From: Gammaproteobacteria bacterium
GTDB lineage: Bacteria > Pseudomonadota > Gammaproteobacteria > PS1 > Pseudothioglobaceae
Length of the DNA stretch: 64,000 nt
Direction of reading: 5' to 3'
Assembly: GCA_030739975.1 (NCBI GenBank)
Contig: JASLYC010000063.1
Location: 31,808 to 95,807 of the forward strand
How positions within the stretch are numbered: position 1 is the stretch's first letter; the number at the start of each line of letters is the position of its first letter. Below the pieces are notes generated by a model. The model had not been told where the DNA came from and did no database searches. It worked only from the letters and a program-made list of their open reading frames with translations. Of this stretch, positions 52,796-63,255 are shown piece after piece. Both the position numbers and the translations under genes were made by a program.

Positions 52796-53749
52796 ATGAA
52801 AAAGTTAATTAATAAGGTAGCTGCAGCTGCTTTAACAATTACTTTGGCTACGGTTTCTGGGCAATCAATTGCTAAGGACTCGAGTAAGCCAATTGTTATA
52901 CCAACACATAACTGGTCAAGTCAAGTTGTAATGGCATATGTTATTGGTGGTATTTTTGAAAGTATGGGCAATAATGTTGAATATGTACCAGCTGACTCTC
53001 AAGCGGTTTATGAATCCATACGTAATGGTGACGTAACTATATCTCATGAAGTTTGGCAGTCAAGTTTCGGCAAGTCATTCTATAACGCGATGGCAAAAGG
53101 CGGTGTAATCGATGCAGGAACACACGCAGCGATGACATTAGAAGAAATGGGAGTGCCACAATGGGTAGTAGATGAAAACTTGTGCCCTGGTTTACCTAAT
53201 TGGGAAGCATTGAAAAACTGTAAAGATGTATTTGCAACTGCTGACTCTGGAGGTAAAGGTCGCTGGTTAGAAGGACCTCAAAGTTGGCATGGTGACTTAA
53301 TGCCAGTACGTGTTGATGCGCTTGGCCTTGGTGACGATTATGTTGTTAAGTTCGCTGGCGGTGCTGATGCACTTTGGGCTGACTTGGCGGCTGCCAAGAA
53401 AGAGGGCCGCGGTACTATCATATTTAACTGGACACCAAACTTTACGGATGCTGATGGATTTGCATTTATTGAGTTCCCTGAGTACACCGACGGTTGTAGA
53501 AAAGCTGATGGTGGTGACGGTAGCTGTGGTTCACCGAAAGGATGGCTGAAGAAGGCTGCACACTATCAGATGCCTAAGAGATGGCCTGCTGCTTACACAA
53601 CATTCTCTAGAATGTCGTTTACAACTAAAGACATCGGTCAAATGGCTGCTCTTGTAGATATTGATAAGATGAGTCATCAAGACGCTGCTAAATCATGGTT
53701 AGCTGATCATGAAGATGTTTGGAAGCCGTTTACTCAAGCAGGTATGTAA
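52796..53749 (+). CDS. tmoX: ABC transporter substrate-binding protein, glycine-betaine/OpuAC family; probable TMAO-binding TmoX
   Basis: 317 aa with a signal peptide and aromatic-rich OpuAC-type fold motifs (HNWSSQ, EVWQSS, WHGDL). The TMAO assignment rests on adjacency to tdm/tmm. Confidence 0.7.
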   Translation: MKKLINKVAAAALTITLATVSGQSIAKDSSKPIVIPTHNWSSQVVMAYVIGGIFESMGNNVEYVPADSQAVYESIRNGDVTISHEVWQSSFGKSFYNAMAKGGVIDAGTHAAMTLEEMGVPQWVVDENLCPGLPNWEALKNCKDVFATADSGGKGRWLEGPQSWHGDLMPVRVDALGLGDDYVVKFAGGADALWADLAAAKKEGRGTIIFNWTPNFTDADGFAFIEFPEYTDGCRKADGGDGSCGSPKGWLKKAAHYQMPKRWPAAYTTFSRMSFTTKDIGQMAALVDIDKMSHQDAAKSWLADHEDVWKPFTQAGM

Positions 53750-53777
53750 TAAATTTACGCTTGATTGTGTAAAAAAT

Positions 53778-53857
53778 CTCCCCTGAGACCTAACTTAGGG
53801 GAGTAATAAATACCTCCAAAACTATTTTACTTAGGTAGGAAAGGAGGTATTTTTTTG
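53778..53857 (+). terminator. Two stem-loops between tmoX and tmoW, the second followed by a T-run (attenuator)
   Basis: CTCCCCT-12 nt-AGGGGAG lies at 53778-53803. AAATACCTCC-25 nt-GGAGGTATTT plus TTTTT lies at 53808-53857. Confidence 0.5.
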
Positions 53858-53907
53858 TGATGTATGTAAAATAAAAATAAACCACCAGGCTCATTAGGAA
53901 AGAAATT

Positions 53908-54963
53908 ATGCCCTCTAAAGTTAGTTCAGATAAGAAAAAAAATGCAGTAATAAAGTGTGATTCAGTGTACAAAATTTTTGGCGACAATGCCAAAAAAATG
54001 TTGCAAAAATCTAATGGCAATGTTGATGCTAAAGAATTCCAAGACGCAGGCTGTGTTGTTGGAGTTAATAGTGCTTCATTTGAAGTTTATGAGGGTGAAA
54101 TGTTAGTTGTTATGGGGCTATCAGGTTCAGGGAAATCAACACTTCTTCGTTGCATATCAAGACTTACAGATACTACAGCAGGTAATATCTATATTGACGG
54201 TAAAGATTTACTGGCACTGAGTGATAAAGAGCTTATTAATCTTAGGCGTAATAAAATGGGAATGGTATTCCAAAGTTTCGCTCTTTTGCCGCACAAAACT
54301 GTGTTAGAAAATATAGCTTTCCCTTTACAAGTTAAAGGCAATAGCACAAAAGACAGCATGAACAGAGCGTTAGAGATGGCCAAACTTGTTGGGCTTGATG
54401 GGCGTGAAAATTATTTTCCTAGACAGCTCTCTGGTGGCCAGCAACAACGTGTTGGTATTGCTCGATCATTAGCTGTTGAGCCCGATATTTGGTTCTTGGA
54501 TGAGCCTTTTTCAGCTCTTGATCCGCTTATCCGTAAGGAGATGCAGGATGAGTTTTTAAGATTACAAGGTGTTCTTAACAAAACCATATTATTTGTAACC
54601 CATGACTTCGATGAGGCGCTACGCTTAGCAGATAGGATAGCGATAATGAAAGACGGAATAATTGAGCAGATTGATACACCTGCTAACATCGTTCTTAATC
54701 CTGCAACAGAATATGTGGCTAAATTTACTAGAGAGGTTCCACGTGAAAAGGTTCTTAATTGTGAATCTGTTATGGATGAAATAGGAGATCTTGCGGATTC
54801 AGATATGAGTCAACTAAGGGTTTCCAAGGATGCAATAATTGAGACAGTTTGTGAAGCTGTCCTTAGCGAACAGAAACCTGTAGCTGTTGTAGATAAAAAC
54901 GACAAAGTTGTCGGAGCTCTTCATTGCTCAAAGGTAATACATATGCTGTTCGGCACCAAATAG
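53908..54963 (+). CDS. tmoW: ABC transporter ATP-binding protein (ProV/OpuAA-like with a C-terminal CBS-like region); probable TmoW
   Basis: 351 aa with Walker A GLSGSGKST, the signature LSGGQQQRV, and Walker B WFLDEPFSALD. Confidence 0.8.
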   Translation: MPSKVSSDKKKNAVIKCDSVYKIFGDNAKKMLQKSNGNVDAKEFQDAGCVVGVNSASFEVYEGEMLVVMGLSGSGKSTLLRCISRLTDTTAGNIYIDGKDLLALSDKELINLRRNKMGMVFQSFALLPHKTVLENIAFPLQVKGNSTKDSMNRALEMAKLVGLDGRENYFPRQLSGGQQQRVGIARSLAVEPDIWFLDEPFSALDPLIRKEMQDEFLRLQGVLNKTILFVTHDFDEALRLADRIAIMKDGIIEQIDTPANIVLNPATEYVAKFTREVPREKVLNCESVMDEIGDLADSDMSQLRVSKDAIIETVCEAVLSEQKPVAVVDKNDKVVGALHCSKVIHMLFGTK

Positions 54964-54994
54964 ATAGGATATAAGGTCTACAAAACATAGAGAA

Positions 54995-57052
54995 ATGAAT
55001 TACATAACTGAGCACCCTAAATTGTCACAATTTGCAGTTTTGTTAGCTGTATTTTTTTTGTTGTATTTTAATATTAATCCAGCAGATGGCATTTTTTGGA
55101 GGTTGCCCTCGTTGCTTACTGATTTGCCTAGGATAGTTAACGATTCTGTTGATTTTTTAATGTTCGAGTGGTGGCCAATCGAGATTTATGACCCTGAAAT
55201 TGAGGAGTATGAAGAGACAGCGTTACTAAAAGAGATAACTAGGTCATTTTCTCGTTCTATACTATTTTGTATTGAGCTCATACGTGAAATACTTTTGGGT
55301 GGGGTCAAAACTATAGTAGCCTTTACGGATTGGGATTTTGTTGAAGAGAATGAATGGGCTCGTTTACCAGCCATGCCATGGACTGTAGTAGCTGCAGGTG
55401 GCATCCTGATTGGATACGCTTTAAAGGGGAAAGGACTTGCGTTATTGGTAGCATTTGCAACAATATACATATCTTCTTTTGGTCAGTGGGAGCCTGCAAT
55501 GGAGACGCTCTCATTTGTTTTAATCGCAGCTCCAATTTCATTTATTTTGGGTCTATTGTTAGGTGTTTTTGCTTATAAAAATCGTACTACTGAAGCAATA
55601 TTAATGCCACTATTAAACGTAGCACAGACAATGCCACATTTTTCTTATTTAGTGCCTGTTATGGTGTTTTTTGGTATTGGCGATCATGCTGGCGCAATTG
55701 CAACTATAATTTTTGCAACTCCACCCATGATACGTCTTACATTGTTAGGCCTAAAGAAAGTTTCTCCTGAGGTCCTAGATGCAGGAATGATGAGTGGTTG
55801 TCGCAACTTCCAGCTTCTATATAAAGTTTTAATTCCAACCGCTAGACGAGACATCTTAATTGGAGTAAACCAAGTCATTATGCAATGTCTGGCTATGGCA
55901 GTTATTGCCTCTTTTATTGGAGCTAAGGGTTTAGGCTTTAATTTATTGCTTGCACTTAATCAGCTAAGAATTGGACAGGCTTTGGAGCTGGGCATTTGCA
56001 TTGTACTTATTGCAGTAGTTTTAGATAAGCTCTCGTTAGCTTGGGCTAACAAACAGACTGATTATTTTGCTGATCTTCCATTTATGCAACGTCATAAATA
56101 CTCATTATTTTTTGGAGTTATATTTATTACCGGTATAGTCTTAGCCTATATTGGAAGTTTCATATTTAAGGACGGGATTAATTATTTATATTTAATACCA
56201 CATAATAAGGGAATAACCACAGAAAACTTTTGGCAGGCAGGAGTTGACTGGATATGGGATACTTTTTTCTTTAGCTTAAAGGCATTTAATGAGTCTTTAA
56301 TTCAGGATGTTTTGATGCCAATGAAAGCCGCCTATTTGGCTATGCCTGTTGTCGCAACATTTGCCCTAGTTATGGGAGTCGGCTACATTATTGGAGGCAT
56401 CAGGTCGGCGCTAATTGTTGGAGCCTTGTTGTTATATATTGCTCTTACAGATTGGTGGGACAGGGCCTTGATTACGGCATATATGACAACTTTTGGAGTT
56501 ATTGTGTCAGTAATTATAGGTATAACGGTTGGCTCATTGTGCGCTCAAAATTCATTAGCTACCAAAGTTATTTTGTTGGTTTGTGATACCTTTCAGACCT
56601 TCCCTTCATTCATTTACTTGATACCAGTAATTATGCTTTTTGGTGTAACAGATACATCTGTATTAATTGCTGTAATTGTATATGCAACAATACCTGCAAC
56701 GAGATACACAGTAGAAGGCCTTGGTAGTGTGCCACCGTCATTGCAAGATGCAGGCTCAATGTCAGGCGTAAGTCGTTTACAGAGGTGGGTTAAAATTGAA
56801 CTGCCTTTAGCTTTTCCACATATTATGCTTGGCATAAATCAAACAGTTGTTTTTGCATTATTTATGGTAATCATTGGTGCAATGATAGGAACAGATGATT
56901 TAGGGCAATACATATTGAAAGCTTTGTCTGACAAACAAGGAACTGGGAATGGACTACTTCTTGGCCTTTGTGTTGCTTTTATAGGTCTTGCGGTAGATCA
57001 TTTGATTAATACTTGGGCGAAAAAACGTAAAGAAGATTTAGGTATAGCATAG
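54995..57052 (+). CDS. tmoV: ABC transporter permease, duplicated/fused BPD-type membrane domains; probable TmoV
   Basis: 685-aa polytopic protein with two EAA-loop-containing halves (DAGMMSGCRNFQLLYKVLIP and DAGSMSGVSRLQRWVKIELP). Confidence 0.78.
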   Translation: MNYITEHPKLSQFAVLLAVFFLLYFNINPADGIFWRLPSLLTDLPRIVNDSVDFLMFEWWPIEIYDPEIEEYEETALLKEITRSFSRSILFCIELIREILLGGVKTIVAFTDWDFVEENEWARLPAMPWTVVAAGGILIGYALKGKGLALLVAFATIYISSFGQWEPAMETLSFVLIAAPISFILGLLLGVFAYKNRTTEAILMPLLNVAQTMPHFSYLVPVMVFFGIGDHAGAIATIIFATPPMIRLTLLGLKKVSPEVLDAGMMSGCRNFQLLYKVLIPTARRDILIGVNQVIMQCLAMAVIASFIGAKGLGFNLLLALNQLRIGQALELGICIVLIAVVLDKLSLAWANKQTDYFADLPFMQRHKYSLFFGVIFITGIVLAYIGSFIFKDGINYLYLIPHNKGITTENFWQAGVDWIWDTFFFSLKAFNESLIQDVLMPMKAAYLAMPVVATFALVMGVGYIIGGIRSALIVGALLLYIALTDWWDRALITAYMTTFGVIVSVIIGITVGSLCAQNSLATKVILLVCDTFQTFPSFIYLIPVIMLFGVTDTSVLIAVIVYATIPATRYTVEGLGSVPPSLQDAGSMSGVSRLQRWVKIELPLAFPHIMLGINQTVVFALFMVIIGAMIGTDDLGQYILKALSDKQGTGNGLLLGLCVAFIGLAVDHLINTWAKKRKEDLGIA

Positions 57053-57251
57053 AAATTTTATTCTTTTATATGGTGAATTAATAAATAGCGAACCTAATAG
57101 AGCAAAATATATAGTAATGGCTATTGCTATAGTTATTACTAGTATTAATGTTATTTAGAGTTAAATTTATTCAATATATCTTGAATTTATATAATTAACA
57201 TTACTTTTATCATGTGTATTATCTTTACTATATTAATTTAATGGGGAAAAA

Positions 57252-58592
57252 ATGAAAACAAGAGTAGCGGTAATTGGAGCAGGCCCTTCAGGCTTAGCAC
57301 AACTAAGGGCTTTTAAGTCGGCAGAAAATAAAGGTAGCGAAGTTCCTGATGTTGTTTGCTTTGAAAAGCAAAGTGACTGGGGCGGGCTATGGAATTATAG
57401 CTGGAGAACTGGCTTAGATGAACATGGAGAGATAGCTCATAGCAGCATGTACCGTTACTTATGGTCTAACGGTCCAAAAGAGTGCCTAGAGTTCGCAGAC
57501 TATTATTTTGAAGAACACTTTGACCGCCCTATAGCTTCTTACCCGCCAAGAGAGGTTTTATTTGATTATATCCAAGGAAGAGTTGTCAAGGCAGGAGTTA
57601 GAGAAAAGATAAGATTTAATACAGCCGTAAGGGATATATCTTTTAATGAAGATTCAAAAATGTTTACTGTAAGAGTTCACGATCTAGAAAATGAGAAGTC
57701 CTATAGTGAAGAATTCGATTATGTTGTAGTGGCTACAGGGCACTTTTCAACGCCAAACGTTCCGGAGTATGAGGGCTTCAGCCATTTTAATGGCAGAATT
57801 CTCCATGCACATGATTTTAGAGATGCCCTTGAGTTTAAAGGAAAAGACATTCTAGTAGTTGGTAGTAGTTACTCTGCGGAAGACATTGGTTCTCAATGTT
57901 ACAAGTATGGTGCAAAATCTATTACCAGTAGCTACAGATCTGCCCCAATGGGGTTCAAGTGGCCAGATAATTGGGACGAGAAGCCTGCTATAGTTAAGGT
58001 TGATGGCAATACTGTGCATTTTATTGATGGAAGTACTAAGGACGTCGATGCTATTATTCTGTGTACTGGTTATGTGCATCATTTTCCATTTTTGCCAGAC
58101 TCTTTACGTCTAGAAACAAAGAATATTTTGTACCCATTAGGAATGTATAAAGGTGTCGTTTGGGAAGAAAACCCACAACTAATGTATCTAGGCATGCAAG
58201 ACCAGTGGTACACCTTTAATATGTTTGATGCTCAGGCTTGGTATGCAAGAGATGTAATCTTGGGCAAAATTAAATTACCATCCCTTGATAAGATGAAAGA
58301 GCATACTAAAGAATGGCATGCGCTTGAAACAGCAGACCCTAGTGTGGCATATGCATACAAATTTCAAGGCGACTACATACAAATGTTAATAGACGAAACT
58401 GATTATCCAAACTTCGATATTGAAGGCATGAGACTTACCTTCTTGGATTGGAAGAACAACAAGAAAGAAGATATTATGGCGTTTAGAGATAAATCACATA
58501 AATCTTTAATGACTGGAACCCAGTCACCACCGCATCATACTCCGTGGATTGATGCCTTAGATGATTCACTCGAATCGTATTTAGATATATAA
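57252..58592 (+). CDS. tmm: Trimethylamine monooxygenase (bacterial flavin-containing monooxygenase)
   Basis: 446 aa with the FAD motif GAGPSG, the FMO motif [11 protein letters not shown], the NADPH motif GSSYSAED, and [29 protein letters not shown] typical of Tmm. Confidence 0.88.
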   Translation: MKTRVAVIGAGPSGLAQLRAFKSAENKGSEVPDVVCFEKQSDWGGLWNYSWRTGLDEHGEIAHSSMYRYLWSNGPKECLEFADYYFEEHFDRPIASYPPREVLFDYIQGRVVKAGVREKIRFNTAVRDISFNEDSKMFTVRVHDLENEKSYSEEFDYVVVATGHFSTPNVPEYEGFSHFNGRILHAHDFRDALEFKGKDILVVGSSYSAEDIGSQCYKYGAKSITSSYRSAPMGFKWPDNWDEKPAIVKVDGNTVHFIDGSTKDVDAIILCTGYVHHFPFLPDSLRLETKNILYPLGMYKGVVWEENPQLMYLGMQDQWYTFNMFDAQAWYARDVILGKIKLPSLDKMKEHTKEWHALETADPSVAYAYKFQGDYIQMLIDETDYPNFDIEGMRLTFLDWKNNKKEDIMAFRDKSHKSLMTGTQSPPHHTPWIDALDDSLESYLDI

Positions 58593-58606
58593 ATAGAATA
58601 AATAAT

Positions 58607-59440
58607 ATGCAAATAATTGATGGAAAAAAAATAGCTAAAAAGCTAAGAGAAGATATTGCAAAAGAGGTTAAAGGGTATAGTCGGCCTCCAGGACTGGCAG
58701 TTATATTGGTTGGCACAGACCCTGCATCTGAAGTGTATGTAAAAAACAAAACAAGAGCGTGTGTTGAGGTTGGTTTTTATTCAGACCAATTGCATAAGTC
58801 AGCCAACATAACACAGGAAGAGCTATTGTCAGAGATATACCGTTTAAATGAGCATGAAACAATTGATGGAATATTGGTGCAACTGCCGTTACCAAAGCAT
58901 ATAGATGAAAATGCTATTCTAGAGGCAATCCTGCCTGAAAAAGATGTTGACGGTTTTAGCAGTGAAAATATTGGCAAGCTAATGCAAAACAAGCCATTCA
59001 TTAGCCCTTGTACTCCAAAAGGCATTATGACTATGTTAGAAAGCCTGGATTATAATTTAAAGGGTAAAGATTGTATTATTATAGGAGCATCAAACATTGT
59101 TGGAAGGCCTATGGCAATGGAGTTATTGAACTCAGGCGCCACAGTTACAGTTTGTCATAGCTCAACTAAAGATATAACCAAAAAAACTAAAGAGGCTGAC
59201 GTGATAATTGCTGCCGCAGGAGTAACGCACCTTGTTAACGGAGACTGGGTCAAAGATGGTGCAGTTATAATTGATGTAGGGATTAATAGGTTAGATAATG
59301 GAAAGCTTACTGGAGACGTTGATTTTGATACAGTAAAGGACAAAGTAAGCGCCATAAGTCCTGTTCCAGGTGGAGTTGGACCTATGACAATAGCCACTCT
59401 ATTAGAAAACACATTGATAGCATTCAAGGCTAGACTTTAA
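58607..59440 (+). CDS. folD: Bifunctional methylenetetrahydrofolate dehydrogenase/methenyl-THF cyclohydrolase
   Basis: 277 aa with IIDGKKIA, VYVKNKTRAC, VQLPLP, DVDGF, GRPMA and PVPGGVGPMT. Confidence 0.95.
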   Translation: MQIIDGKKIAKKLREDIAKEVKGYSRPPGLAVILVGTDPASEVYVKNKTRACVEVGFYSDQLHKSANITQEELLSEIYRLNEHETIDGILVQLPLPKHIDENAILEAILPEKDVDGFSSENIGKLMQNKPFISPCTPKGIMTMLESLDYNLKGKDCIIIGASNIVGRPMAMELLNSGATVTVCHSSTKDITKKTKEADVIIAAAGVTHLVNGDWVKDGAVIIDVGINRLDNGKLTGDVDFDTVKDKVSAISPVPGGVGPMTIATLLENTLIAFKARL

Positions 59441-59480
59441 TTTATATATTTAAATAATTTACGCCCAAGCATTGATATAA

Positions 59481-59503
59481 GCCTGCTCAATAATTAAGCA
59501 GGC
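59481..59503. terminator. Stem-loop GCCTGCT-9 nt-AGCAGGC between the convergent folD and Rieske genes
   Basis: 7-bp GC-rich stem with weak flanking A/T tracts. Confidence 0.4.
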
Positions 59504-59519
59504 AAAATAACTATAAATA

Positions 59520-60698
59520 TTATTTTCTGTGGTTATTTATTTGTGTGGCAACCCAATGATGAAATAAGTATGTAGGGCTATCCATAATAGGCGAAAACTT
59601 ACCGCCATCGAAATGAATTCCTTGTCGCCCTTTTTGCATACCTTCAACTACCCCAACATCCTCTATAAATACCGATTTCCAAAATTCAGAGTTTTCCTTC
59701 TTAAGGTTATCTAAATTACGTAATTCATTGGATTTTTTTGCATAATATATTGAAACATGCTCAATAGTTTTTGAGGTACTAACAGGCTCAAGAATAATAT
59801 TATAAATGTGGTCCCTATGAACCCCCAACAAAACATTGGGGTAAAAACATATATACTCACTACCTGTGTCCCACTTAGAGCTCAAATTTTCAAAATCTGG
59901 GAAAGCATTGCCAGACTTATCCTTTAATTGAGAATACACAAGCGAACCTTGCCCAGAGAAGCTACCCCCCTCTTCAATATGGTAGTGATCTTCAACTTTA
60001 GAGATCTTGTTAAGTGTTGGATGTACAAAAGGCAGGTGGTAACTTTCCGCGTAGTTCTCAACTGCTAATTTCCAGTTAGTATTTACTGTGAGTGAGAAAT
60101 ATGAATTTTCTTCACCATAATAAATTGGTTGTTCAAATTCTTTCCAACGATTAATTATTTTGGAAGCGTAATCAACAAATTCTGGGGCACTATTTGATAT
60201 ATTAACAAAAATTATGTCTTGCCATACGTGTGACCTTATTTTGTTTAAGCCCAATTCAGCGTGATTTATTGCCTCATGAGTATTTAATTTGACCCCCCCT
60301 GCCATAGGGGTTGCACACAGCTCACCGTTAAGTTTGTAGCACCACGAATGGTAAGGGCAGCTTATTACACCTGATATCTTGGTTTGTTTCTCAACTAGTA
60401 TCATGCCGCGATGGCGGCAAGTATTTTGAAAAACATTAATAGCGCCAGTTTCGTCTCTTATTATTAGTATAGGCACACCAACAAAGCTAATAGGCTTGGC
60501 ATCTCCTATCTCAGGAATATCTTTTGAGGTGCCAATTGCTGACCAGTTGTTAAATAAAACAGCCTGCTTTTCTTCTTCAAAGACTTCATCACTGATGTAA
60601 TGATCGTTTGGTAGCCCACGGGATATTTCAATGGGCTTAAGGACCATGTCTATATTTGTTAATGGGGTTTTTTTCACTTCTTTAATTACTATCTTCAA
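59520..60698 (-). CDS. Rieske [2Fe-2S] non-haem-iron oxygenase, alpha subunit type (GbcA/CntA/Stc2-like); substrate unknown
   Basis: 392 aa with a Rieske motif CRHRG-X17-CPYH and a mononuclear iron motif NYAESYHLPFVH. Start uncertain (TTG at 60698 or ATG at 60647). No reductase gene lies adjacent. Confidence 0.85.
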   Translation of the reverse strand: MKIVIKEVKKTPLTNIDMVLKPIEISRGLPNDHYISDEVFEEEKQAVLFNNWSAIGTSKDIPEIGDAKPISFVGVPILIIRDETGAINVFQNTCRHRGMILVEKQTKISGVISCPYHSWCYKLNGELCATPMAGGVKLNTHEAINHAELGLNKIRSHVWQDIIFVNISNSAPEFVDYASKIINRWKEFEQPIYYGEENSYFSLTVNTNWKLAVENYAESYHLPFVHPTLNKISKVEDHYHIEEGGSFSGQGSLVYSQLKDKSGNAFPDFENLSSKWDTGSEYICFYPNVLLGVHRDHIYNIILEPVSTSKTIEHVSIYYAKKSNELRNLDNLKKENSEFWKSVFIEDVGVVEGMQKGRQGIHFDGGKFSPIMDSPTYLFHHWVATQINNHRK

Positions 60699-60721
60699 AC
60701 TTATATATAAAGTATATAGGT

Positions 60722-61606
60722 CTACTGTATTAGAAAATCCCTTAGAGCCTTTACATTTTCAGACAAAAGGTCCTCACTGTCACTTGTTATATATATTGCT
60801 GAAGGCGCAGGAGTTGAAGTTTTACCAAGAATTACAAGCTCTCCACTATCAAGTTTAGGTTTTAGTAGGTGCTTCCAACCTAAAACAATGCCTACGTCAT
60901 CACTTGCAGCCTGAAGTGCAATAATATAGTTGTTAACAGTGATACCATGATCAATCTTGCCCTTATATCCAAGAGAGCTGAACCAAGCAAACCAGTTAGA
61001 CCAATTCTTATCTTTTGCTCTTAAATGTATAAGAGGGAGTTGGGCTAACTCCTCTATCGTTGGGTTAGGGTGCTTTAATTTAAATTTAGGACTACATACC
61101 GGAACAAGCTCATCATGAAATAAAGTGTGTTTTTGATTTGATTCGCTTTCAACATAGCCATAACATATCTGTAAATCAACTGCCACTCCTTGAAAGTCAG
61201 GATTGTCGGTGACATGCTGATTTACCGGTATTTCTGGGTTCTCTCTCCAGAACTGTACCAGCCTAGGAGTTAACCACAAGCTTGAAATTGCAGTGGTACT
61301 TGATATAGCAACATCCTCAGTATTTGTAGATCTTCTTAGATTCGAAAGTGTTGATGATATTGCAGAGAAGCTACTTTGGAGGACCGCAAATAATGACTCT
61401 CCTTGGTCTGACAAGTTCTTTTTATGATGTTTCCGGTCAAATAATGAGAAGTTTAAGTCTTCTTCAAGGTACTTTATTTGGTGACTAACAGCGCCCGGAG
61501 TAACTCCTAACTCTTCAGCAGCTTTTTTAAAATTACGATTACGAGCTGCAGTTTCAAAGGTAGCTAATGAAGTTAGAGATGGCAATTTATAGTGTCTTCT
61601 TGACAT
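60722..61606 (-). CDS. LysR-family transcriptional regulator (GcvA-like)
   Basis: 294 aa. The N-terminal HTH LPSLTSLATFETAARNRNFKKAAEELGVTPGAVSHQIKYLEE is close to the GcvA pattern. It is divergent from the flavoprotein operon. Confidence 0.88.
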   Translation of the reverse strand: MSRRHYKLPSLTSLATFETAARNRNFKKAAEELGVTPGAVSHQIKYLEEDLNFSLFDRKHHKKNLSDQGESLFAVLQSSFSAISSTLSNLRRSTNTEDVAISSTTAISSLWLTPRLVQFWRENPEIPVNQHVTDNPDFQGVAVDLQICYGYVESESNQKHTLFHDELVPVCSPKFKLKHPNPTIEELAQLPLIHLRAKDKNWSNWFAWFSSLGYKGKIDHGITVNNYIIALQAASDDVGIVLGWKHLLKPKLDSGELVILGKTSTPAPSAIYITSDSEDLLSENVKALRDFLIQ

Positions 61607-61908
61607 AACATTTCAACAAATATAATTTAGTTGAATAAAAGTATACTTCAACACAGGTGCATATGTCAAATATGTATAATTGAATTGACAATATATATCC
61701 TAGAAATATGTACTAAAACTATTGTTTTATAAGGAAATAATAAAGAATATAGTGGCTATTACGGTAGCATTAAGTTTTATATTTTGTTGGGATTAAATAT
61801 AAATTAGTATATATAAATTCACTATTATTTGAATATTATTGGCTATACAAATCGTCAATTAAGTGATAATGTTTTCAAAAGTTAAATATTAATTAGGAGA
61901 CAAAATCT

Positions 61909-63252
61909 ATGGCCTTACCTAAACATTCTAAATACCTTATTGTAGGAGCTGGCATTCATGGCCTTTCAACGGCTTGGCGCTTGGCTGAAAAATTAACTGC
62001 CGCCGGTGAAAGTGTTGATGGACGTGTTACCATTGTAGACAAAGCTGGGATAGCCGCAGGAGCAACAGGCATTGCATGTGGTGTAGTTCGAAACAATTAT
62101 TTCCAGCCAGCAATGCGCAAATTAATGGCGCACTCTGTAAGCATCTGGGAGAGTGACCCTGAAGCATTCAGTTATCACCCTGTTGGCTATATGCAAATTT
62201 CTCCTGAGAGTATGAGAGAAGACGTGAAACAGATTCATGCTGAGCAACAAGAGATTGGATATGAAAGCGTGTTTATTGAGGGAGAAGATGAGTCACGTGA
62301 ATACATGCTAGACATGTTTGATGATTGGCAAGCAAAAGGAATAACCTCTGTTCTGCATGAAAAGAAAGGTGGTTACGCCAACAATACCAAAGCTATGTAT
62401 GGCTTGGCAAGTAAAGTGGAGGCCTTAGGAGTAAGAATAATTACAGGTGTTGAGGTAACAGGTTTTACAAGAAACAATGCAACAGGATCAGTTGCTGAGG
62501 TACAAACCAATCAAGGCAATATAGGTTGCGAACATGTAGTAATTGGCGCAGGTCCATGGGTAAGAGATTTTTGGAAAATGCTCGAACTTCCAGCACAAAT
62601 AGAGGTAAAGGATTTGGAGGGCAATGTCCACAGCAATGTTGACATGTGGCGCTTCTGGCAATTAGAAGAAGGAGTACTTAGAGTTGAGCCTGAGTTATTA
62701 AAAACTAACGACGGCAAGATGCCACCAGTTTTGCATGTAGATACAGATGCCCCTTTATATTCTGATGTTGATGGTTCACTAATTACTGACCAGCTATGGG
62801 GAATATACTACAAACCTGATTGGCATTTCGGTGGAATTCAAGGGGGCGCTGCACCTTACGAAGTAAAAAAATCTGCAGAAGAAGTACAGATTGACCCTTA
62901 CGGACCATCTAGTCCAGAGTTTGTTTCAGGACCTGAGTTTGCCCATATGTGGGTCTCTGCCTTGGCTCATTGCCACAAAAGATTTGAAGGCAAAATGCCA
63001 AAATACCATAAAGAGCCATCTGGCGGAGTTGGCTGTTTCACTGCAGATAGCTTCCCTGTAATTGATACTTTTAGTGGCAATGTTACTGTCATAGCAGACA
63101 GCAACCATGGCTACAAGATGTTGGGTCTAGGGTGTCTAGTCGCTGAAGAGCTATTAGGAGAAAAACAAGAACTACTGGAGCCTTTTAAGTTTTCACGCTT
63201 TAAAGAAGGTAAATTACATCCAGTCTCAAATAGTCCATACCCTTGGAGTTAA
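61909..63252 (+). CDS. FAD-dependent oxidoreductase (DAO family, SoxB-beta-like paralogue)
   Basis: 447 aa with the dinucleotide fold IVGAGIHGLSTA and GVVRNNYFQP, which parallels the SoxB RSNY block. Confidence 0.75.
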   Translation: MALPKHSKYLIVGAGIHGLSTAWRLAEKLTAAGESVDGRVTIVDKAGIAAGATGIACGVVRNNYFQPAMRKLMAHSVSIWESDPEAFSYHPVGYMQISPESMREDVKQIHAEQQEIGYESVFIEGEDESREYMLDMFDDWQAKGITSVLHEKKGGYANNTKAMYGLASKVEALGVRIITGVEVTGFTRNNATGSVAEVQTNQGNIGCEHVVIGAGPWVRDFWKMLELPAQIEVKDLEGNVHSNVDMWRFWQLEEGVLRVEPELLKTNDGKMPPVLHVDTDAPLYSDVDGSLITDQLWGIYYKPDWHFGGIQGGAAPYEVKKSAEEVQIDPYGPSSPEFVSGPEFAHMWVSALAHCHKRFEGKMPKYHKEPSGGVGCFTADSFPVIDTFSGNVTVIADSNHGYKMLGLGCLVAEELLGEKQELLEPFKFSRFKEGKLHPVSNSPYPWS

Positions 63253-63255
63253 GCT

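Noticed and set aside
53790-54020. 76-aa minus-strand ORF spanning the tmoX-tmoW intergenic region.
   Set aside because: It overlaps the tmoW start and the attenuator hairpins. Its Phe/Leu/Ile-rich translation comes from AT-rich DNA, and it has no RBS.
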